From assembly GCF_009914755.1 (NCBI RefSeq), contig NC_060932.1: a DNA stretch of 64,000 nucleotides; one strand, given 5' to 3'. The notes beneath the pieces are model-generated. The model had not been told where the DNA came from, made no database searches, and saw only the letters and a program-made list of their open reading frames with translations. The DNA comes from the human T2T-CHM13v2.0 reference genome, Homo sapiens. Shown here one piece after another: positions 55,274 through 64,000 of this stretch. Positions within the stretch are counted from its first letter, which is position 1; the number at the start of each line of letters is the position of its first letter. The position numbers and the translations under genes are program-made.

Positions 55274-56006
55274 CAAGGCCAGAACACATTCTCCCATCTT
55301 TTGATATACTGAGGAAGTACAGGTCTGAGCCGTAAACCACCAAGGGAGAAAGGAACATTTCTGTCATTCTTCTGCAAATCAGTCCTGTTGCTTAAAATAA
55401 ACCTGATCACACACACACGAACTTAGAAAACAATGATTTGAACCCCCTTCTTCTTGCAATAACTGATTACATTAACTTCATGGATTCTGCAAGGCAAACA
55501 CAAGAATTGGAGTTCTAGTTTCCTGTATTCATTCAAAATCCCCAGAATCTTCTCTATTTTCCCTCAGATATTAGTTCTCTGCAGGAAACCACAGGGTTCT
55601 GAACTGAAAAAGAACTTTGGACGAATGTTTATAGGAGTGGATGATCTCAGTCTGTTCACTCGTGGGTCAATCAAAATTCTGTCTTTACTTGAATTAGTCA
55701 GATAATCATATTTCTGATGCTCCATCTGATCAAATTTGTGCTGAAGTTTAGAAGAAAGTGTTAGTCCCTGACCTAGCCCAGCTGATTGTAGCCAGCACCC
55801 AGGCACCTAGGCACCCTGGCAAGATCTGGGGAGCTCTGATACTTCTTTCACATGGAGTTGGGTAACTGCTTGATTTCCAGGGGCTGCAGTTCCTACAGAA
55901 GGTGAACTTGGACTCATTTTCCTTTCTTCTCTCTTCTTGCCCCTCGCCTCCTATTTTCCCTGACCATCCTACTTTACTCTCAACATTCAATGCCCTGGAC
56001 AGGGAC

Positions 56007-56365
56007 TGATATGGGTTGGCTGTGTCCCCTGACAAATCTCATCTTGAATTGTAATCCCCATAATCCCCATGTGTCATGGGAGGGACGCAGTGGGAGGTAA
56101 TTTAATCATGGGGGCAGTTTCCCCTAGCCTGTTCTTGTGATAGTGAGTGAGTTCTCATGAGATCTGATGGTTTTATAAGTGTCCCACATTTCCTGGTACT
56201 CATTCTCTCTACTGCCGCCTTGTGAAGAGGCGCCTTCCACCATGATTGTAAGTTTCCTGAGGCCTCCCTAGCCATGCAGAACTGTTAGTCAATTAAATCT
56301 CTTTTCTTTGTAAATTACCCACTCTCAAATATTTCTTCATAGCAGTGTGAGAACAGACTAATACA
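56007..56365 (+). mobile_element. THE1 (THE1C-like) MaLR solo LTR
   Basis: TGATATGGGTTGGCTGTGTCCCC...GAACAGACTAATACA; 5-bp TSD GGGAC / GGAAC. Confidence 0.92.
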
Positions 56366-59296
56366 GGAACATTGCAATTTCATTCCAAGAGTCATAGGGA
56401 CAAGTTCTTCTCATAATGGGAAAGACATTCTAGACCAAATGCTTCTATCACAGAAATGTTTAGAGGCACAAGGAAGTAGACACTGGTAATCAATATTTCT
56501 TTAATTCACCAGAAAGTGTCTTCCTTTCCTTCCACATTTCTTAAAATTTAAGAGTAAATTATTCACTTAATACCTGAAAGGTGACTAACTACTTGGTGCT
56601 AGCATTACCGAGGGCATGGTTTCATTACAAAGTTCTCCATTTTGTCAATCTATATTGCTCGTGATGAGTTATTTTCCTAATCATAATGTGAGCCCTCTGA
56701 ACTTCTTTATCTGTTATCAGTCCACACCAATACCACTGAGAATAAAGTGATTCTGATCTGATGAAACCAGGTTCTAGAAGGAACACTCTAAGACAGCAGC
56801 CAAATCTCTTTGGGAATGGATGGCTCTACTATAGCTACAGTATCACCAGAAGATGTGAAATACATTGTCATTTCTATTGGCTATTTATTTTAAAGGAAAA
56901 AAAGTAAGAAATAACAAAACAGAAGTGGCCAGAAATCCTTAAAACCCTGAAAACAAATACCTAACTAAGTAGGAAAATAATGTTGACTGAATTTCAGAAA
57001 AGACCATCCAATTGCTTGCGATGAATGACAATGATTCTAAATATGGAAGTATGTGAATATAACATTTGCTTTTAAGATGTTTTCGTCCTCACTCAATTTT
57101 ATTGTTCCAAAATGAAGTTTTGCTGCTATCTAGGTTATAAGGTTGACAAAATGATTTATTTTGAAACAAGCCAAGTTTTTACTTTGAAAAAGTAGTAATG
57201 TGCAGAGATTACTTTGTTAGTATTTCAATTTTCTGATTGCCAACAATCAATTTAAATGTTCCCCTGGAGTTCTTTGCAGTACTGAAAATTTAAAGACAAA
57301 TCAAAGAGTCAGGATAGTTACTGCCAAGGCCCATGTCTGACAGTAGCTTCTTCTCTAACGTGGTTAAAATATTCAAGATTCCAGGAATTTCACAGGAATA
57401 TGTGAGCAATATTAGGGATGTCATGGATTCTGAGCATGAAATTTGTCTTCCATATACATGCCTTTTTTATCATAGGATGAATAAATTTGGTATTATTTTC
57501 TCTTACAAATTAGCTGTAACTTACGTTTCACTCTACATTACTGAGGGGGAAAAAAGCATGGTGTGGGACATTATATGATCCTTGGGTATTCCGTCAGGAG
57601 AAGACTTACTCTCTAATGTCCAGGAGCCGATTTCTCAGCTTGTGGATGATTTTGGACTGCTTTTCTGCAACAGAATCTGTTTTGAGATTATAAAATTCTC
57701 GTTAACATTTCCACTAGAACAAATAATGAAAGGTGCCAAAATGGAATAAAACAGTGAATTCTTCGTTCTTTTAAAGAGCAAATAATTAGGTACAGTAATG
57801 ACTGTAAAATGACATTATTAAATTGTGTGGATTTTTTAATTGATTTTTTTATTTGAAAACCCACAACTGAACAACTAGTATGGAGGAACAATGCTAGGTG
57901 CAGTGAAGAATATAATGGTGAAATGGATACAAAGAGAAAACAAAAAATAGCTTCATAGTCTTGATGTAACCTGCTCATACTCAAAGATAATTGGGAGTCA
58001 ACATTTTTGGCCTTATGTGATGAGCACTTTCATGATCTCTGTGTATCAGTAAGTGGGTGTGGGTGTGTATATTACGTGTGCATTTCAGTGTTTGTCTAAG
58101 TGTTTATGTGTTGTGTCTATGTTCAACCTGGGCCTCGAATCAATTGCTCTGGTTTTATACCTCCAGATTAGATTACCTGAAGGAGCTGGAGCCCATCTTA
58201 GGTGCTATTTCTGTTGCCTACCCTCAAGTAGTCTTTGCAGTGAGGTAAATAGGAAGTAATGAGTTGTAGCATTCTCCATACCCCCATCTCCAACATTTAT
58301 AACTAGTGCTGTTACAAGAAGTGATGTGAATAAACATACAAGTTGCTGAATTATTTATATATCATTTCTATTAGCTTAGTGAGATATATTTTGTAAATTA
58401 CTAATAGTTTCCAAAAGCCGAAAATCATTTAGACTAATTGGTACATTATACAATCTAACTGTGTAATTGATTTTTAAATGAATTGGTCCCTAAGTGAGTT
58501 TTGAATATCCTATAATAATTGGTTTCTAATAAATGATATGAATAAATGAGTGATTAATGCATTTATATAGAAAGCAGCTGATCGGTCTTTAGTTCAACTG
58601 AAAGGCCCAGTACATTGGTGGAGAAAGTCCACTAGAGAGCTAAGCATGACTTACATCAGCATGTCATTATTACAAACTAGAAATTGTAGACTGTAATGAA
58701 AAATGTCCATCTTCCATTCTTTGATCATGAAAGCAGTTTAATAAATAAGAGATATTTACTTTAGACATAAGTTTTACTTAATTGTGAATTGTGAGGATTG
58801 AGAGATTCTAAATATTTGGGTTCCTAGTGATAATTTCAGTGATGAATGAAGAGACAGCAGTTTTCCTTACAACAGAAGAATGTTCAGTTAGAAAGAAGAA
58901 ATTTACAAAAGCATATTAAATGATGAGTGTGTTGGGGATGCTTTTCAAGCTGATTGGGAAGGACACTCTCTCTTTTAAGAAGAGATATATGGCTGCCTAT
59001 AGGAGACCTCATGGTCGCTTGCCAAATGTTAATGTTCAGCACTTAGTATTTCTGGCTCAGACCCAGTCTTAGCATCTCAGGATCTGTTAAGTTGTTCCAT
59101 TTTCTAAAAGGCAATTGGAACTTGAGAGGAATTCTAACATCCTTTGTGCAAATGGATGCTGCAAACCAGAAAACATAGAAAGAAACACAAGGAACTATTG
59201 CATACTTATATTTGTTATGTAAATATGATAATACTTCTGTATTATTTGCTGCTGTATATTCACAAATGTCAAAATGCCATACAATTTGCAGGGAAC

Positions 59297-59729
59297 ATGT
59301 GTAATTGGTTAGCCCTGTAAAACCAATTCCCTCCTCCTTTGGGTACTAGACGTCAGTTTCCTTTTGAGGGAAACTGCACCTTTGAATACAGCTTGGTGGT
59401 ACCCCTGCCAGTGAAGGAACCCTGTTCTTTCCTTATCCAAGCAACAGGCATGTGACCCAATTTCTACTTCTGAAATATAAATCATAAGCTGAATGGCAGA
59501 GAATGAACATGTTTGCGTGTGACTCAATCCTGCAATGGTGCTTGGAGAAGACCATCAAGTAATTCGTGTAGTGATGTTCCTAAGCCCCTAGAAGCTGCCT
59601 GGCTCCTGCCCTTTTCTGCTTGATTTTCAGCCTCTGCTTTGATCCTAAAACTTTTCCATCATCTCTTAACAAATTGCCTTTTTTTTAAGTTAGCTTTCTG
59701 CTGCTTACATCCAAAAACTGCAACTGACA
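59297..59729 (+). mobile_element. Old ERVL LTR (LTR16/LTR33-like)
   Basis: GGCATGTGACCCAA and terminal AAATTGCCTTTTTTTTAAGTTAG..CTGCTTACATCCAAAAAC..AACTGACA. Confidence 0.5.
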
Positions 59730-59772
59730 AAATTCTCTTACTTCTCTTACTTTTTGCTTATGGAGTTGAAGA

Positions 59773-59805
<33 letters not shown>

Positions 59806-60704
59806 CCCTAATGGTTAGTAACTTGTCTGTGGGTACATAACTAATCACTGGCCTGAAAGTAAAAGAGAGTAATATCCAGATTAATACAACAAGTGGTATC
59901 ATTCTTGTCAAATATTGCATTATTTACTCCATGTAATCTACCAACAATTGGTACAGCTAGTGAGCTCAACAAATTCCAATACTATTTTCAACCAGTAATC
60001 ATTTATTTGTGTGGCATTGGTTGCTATTTTTTTAATATTAGATTATAAGCTTTTCCAGGGTTGCTGTGCTTTCTGAAAGTAAGTTTTGAGTTTGCTTCCC
60101 TCTAAATCTTCCCTCTGACAGCTGTTATATTTAATCTTCCTAAAAATGCTATTTTCAGGAGGTGGAGGAACCAGGGTGAGAGAATTTCTGTCTCAAGGAT
60201 CCACATTATCTACTCACTTTTTGTTTCACCTTTATGTTCTTCTCCTTCCTCAGTGTAGTATAATTGGTTTCAAGTCTTGGAAGTTGAGGAGGAAATATGT
60301 GTGCTAAGTTATGCTTTTTCCTATCATATATTCACTCAGATTTATGTTTAAGTGCATAAATCCTCCCTGTTTGCTTAAGACTTAAGATTCTGAAACTCAT
60401 AAGCCAAGCAGCCAGGGTGAGCACTAAATATACATTAGTTAACATTTCAAAGTATTGCCTGACCATGCTACAATGAATTTTTATTGTTCAAGAGGTCAAA
60501 ATTCATTATGTGGAAATTCATATTTTGATTCCATCTGATTAACCTTATTCCTAGTCAAACACAGGAAACTAAAGGTTTATTGGGTTGTGTTTCTGGGAGA
60601 TAAAAATGTCTCTACTAGGTTTTGTCTGTTCAGTCTAAACCTGATGCCCTCTGATGTGAAGAAGATCTCATCATGGAAAGAGTATGAAATTTTATGGGGG
60701 TAAA

Positions 60705-60836
60705 GCCAGGTGTGGTGGCATATGCCTATAGTCCCAGCTACTCAGGGGGCTGAGGCAGGATCCCCTAAGGCCAGGAGTTCAAGTCCAGCCTGGGCAACAT
60801 AGTGTGACTTCATCTCTTAAAAAATAATAATAAAAA
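60705..60836 (+). mobile_element. FLAM (free left Alu monomer)
   Basis: ~130-bp monomer with A-rich tail. Confidence 0.85.
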
Positions 60837-63081
60837 TATTTTAACGGGGTAGTCATCCTAGTTATATTCTTCATAAAGGAGAGTCTTTACTAACCTATGC
60901 ATGAATTATCGTGAATAGAGAAAATCGATATTCTGTGAGATATATTTTTACAGGCTTTTTAGAGGAGTAGAAACCAACAACAGTATGATCAATCCTGTCA
61001 ATATAAGCCAAACCTCTGGCAAAGGACCTCCGTGACAAAAGGTTTTTACGTTTCTTCACAGTAAATTTCTTTTCCTAACTGTATTTGGCTTACTCTTATT
61101 ATTTGATGTTTGAACACTGACCACTGGGACCAAAGAAAGATGAACCAGAGCTTCGAGGGGAATTCATGCTGGGATTACAATTTTGACCAAAGATGATGAG
61201 CTTGTACATGTGTAATGGGAACACAAGCTATTATTCCCATGATAACCCCTCAGAATGTCTGGTATATAAAACTTCTCCTATACGGTGAGGTCTTGGCTGA
61301 GACTGAGCCAGAAACTATTATACTCCCTGCCTCTGAGATGCTGTTTTTCAATAATATTGACTCTTAGAAAAGAATAATAATATCAGAGACTAGATATCCA
61401 AGTTGTCATCTCAACTTCAACATTTAATGGAAGTTGGATTTAAACTCAGAAACTCTCATCCTACCTCTTTCAAATGATTGGTTTAAGGATCAGATACCAT
61501 AGTGTACTTGAGATGGCTTTGTAAAGCACAATGGACCGAACTAATGTAAATTATAATTTTCATATTTATCTAGGTATTATTTATCTAAATAAATTTGAAA
61601 CTTAAATTTACTGAAGTTTGATGAAGAGGTAGGTCCTTATAACGCCTAATAAATGCCATCAAAACAATGACATTTAAAAGTAATATTCAGTAAAAGACAC
61701 ATAGAAACTGTGCTTATAAAACTCTTCACTGGTTGAAAAGGATACAATGTAAATAGAATTCCTATTAATATAATGTTTAAGGATACAGATGTTACATTAA
61801 TAAGGCTGTGAACACAGGTAATTATCACCAGCTAAGAGGAAAGCCTAGTTTTCAAGGTAAGCAGACTATTTTCATTCCATGCTCATTTTGAGTTTCATTC
61901 TACTTTTCAGAGTTCAGGAAAAAAAATAATTCAAATAAAATGTTTGTCTTACAGTTTTGTAATACCCCATGATGTTATATAATTCTTAAAAATTAAATCA
62001 AAGAAACATCCCCTTCAAGCCAATAAAATATTATAAAATAAATTAATACAAATTAGCATAGTTTGGGGCAGAAGATCCTGGGAGAGAGACACTCCACTCA
62101 GCACAGAAAGGAAAAAAGGACAAGCTATGCACTCCTTTTCCCTATGGGTAAGTAGAGCCTTGACAGATCAAAGACATTGAATAAAATAGCTCTAACTCTA
62201 TAGTGAATTATTTGCTTGGTAAAGAGGGAACCTTGCACCTGACAACCGTATGGGTGATGGTTTTCATGTGACCAATCAGATGAGCACTCGCCTTCTCAGT
62301 CCTGCAGAAAATGGAGAAACTATCCAATTAGCAATGGGTGGAGAATGAGCTGGGCATGCGGCAAAACTGATGATCAATGTGCTGTGAGACCCAGTAATAC
62401 GCTGGCCACAAGTAACAGGCCCGTAGAGCTCCCCAAGCCCTGGATGGTCTTTCACTTCCAATTCTCATCACACATATCCTTAAAATAAGTCTGCTTTTCC
62501 TTTCAGTGGCTTATGTGAATCCCAGATCATAGCAACCAAGATAAATAAAACTAACTAAATTTTTTGGCACAACTTTCACCCCAAGTACATCGCAGTCCTT
62601 GGCTACATTGCTGAGGTCACAATGGAAGACACCCATAGGGAGTCTGCTGCAAACCTGGCATTGCAGGGTGACTGAAGACACCCCTGCTCTTTGCCCAAGT
62701 GCACTATTCTACATGCACGTGTGCCCCACATGACACTGCTCCACATCCCACCTCCCAGCAGGGGCAATATTACGTAAGTAGAAGCATCACCTTGCCCTTA
62801 TGCTATTTTAAAAATCATGTTGTCACAAAAGAAGCAAATAGAAGTAGGCAGAACCTGAGCAAACAGAGTTATTTGTACATAATGTTCTCATCTCCCACCA
62901 GGAAGTGTCTATGTTCCATGAAATGTCTGAATCCCACAGAAGTTTGGGAAGCTCACTCTGCGGGATTTACACTGATTTTACCTCCCAGGATGTCCTTGTT
63001 TCACTTGGCTAACTTCTTGAGGTCTACAGCATCCCCCTGTGGGGCAGAGAATAGAATCTCGTGTCTGACAAAGAAAGGAAA

Positions 63082-63117
63082 GAAAAAGTATACACACACA
63101 CACACACACACACACAC
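63082..63117 (+). repeat. (CA)n microsatellite
   Basis: CA run following an A-rich stretch. Confidence 0.9.
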
Positions 63118-63357
63118 TGAGTCTTTATTGACTAAATGCTACCTGGACTATTAAAGAGGACAGTGAGTGTTGAAATGCATTACTTATATGCCAGGCAGCA
63201 ATAACTACATTTTGCTTTATAACATTGATCAGAGTTTTACTATGCTTGGGGAAATTATCATTTATGTATATTTATAGGAAGCATAGGTAGGACAGAGTGT
63301 GATTTATCAGCACTTCAAGCCAATAACTGGTAGGAGAAAGCACCTAGATGGTCATGT

Positions 63358-64000
63358 TGTTACAGGATATTTGGGGGTGTTGTTTTTCTGGTTGGAAACC
63401 TCTGTGGCCAGTGGTGCCTTTGCCTGAGCTTTGCTTGGGCCCTCTGGGCTTATTTTGCCCACTTGGCCTGGCAGGCTGCTCTTGGCTTATGCTACCGGCT
63501 GGGTCCCATGCCTGCCAAGGGTGAGTCAGGCATAGAATGATGAGGGGTATGTGAGCAAGCATGGATCCGGCCACTGTGCAGTCAAACTTGCCAGCTGCTG
63601 CAGTGGGGCAGGCAGCTCCAGGTGCCGGCACAGGTACTGGCTCTCTGCAAGGCTGTGGCCAGACCAGGCACACCACAAGCAGCTTTCACAGCTGGCACTA
63701 AGGAACACGGTGGTGCCCAGAAGCTTGGAGACACCAGGAACTGCACAAAACACCAAGACACCAGAGTCCAAAAGAGGGAGTCACAGCTCTGACTTGAGGA
63801 GCTCCTAAGTCTGGGCTCCCAGAAAGGCCACAGTTTTTCTTTCCTTCTCTTCACCCACAATATGGCAAGCAAGGCGCATGTCTCAGCTCTGTTTGTGTTA
63901 CAGCTCTTTTAGCCTCACCATGGGTGGATCGTGAATTCTTGTCCTGCCAGGAAGAATGAGGTATGCAGACAAGTGGAGGGTGAGCAAGATGAACTGGAGC
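63358..64000 (-). mobile_element. MER52-family ERV1 LTR (runs off window end)
   Basis: TGTTACAGGAT..GGAAACCTCTGTGGCCAGTGGTGCCTTTGCCTGAG..CCCAGAAGCTTGGAGACACCAGGAAC; GC-rich. Confidence 0.8.

Noticed and set aside
55564-55806. 80-aa minus-strand ORF with protein-like composition
   Set aside because: No recognisable homology or convincing splice signals; length within chance range

Overview
Primate (catarrhine, very likely human) AT-rich, repeat-dense non-coding DNA. No intact protein-coding gene is recognisable, and most ORFs in the track are Alu, L1 or simple-repeat shadows. The main unique feature is an intronless, disabled retrocopy of the testis-specific VCX/VCY family at ~52391-53062 (+). 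The ORF track almost misses it because the start codon reads ACG and there is a frameshift and an in-frame stop. It is strongly diverged from human VCX/VCY, carries a different acidic repeat (SEGTQPDPL, 27 bp, mixed with 30-bp units) and still retains many CpGs. Other notable structures: a full-length L1PA6-like element inserted into an AluSc that itself has a locally templated 24-bp patch at its 5' junction; a twin-primed (5'-inverted) L1PA with a nested Alu; a MER41 LTR retaining a STAT GAS motif; a complex templated-repair scar at ~52.0-52.15 kb; and a long GGAA/purine tract. Repeat subfamily names come from recalled consensus motifs and need RepeatMasker/Dfam confirmation. Boundaries of old repeats are approximate.
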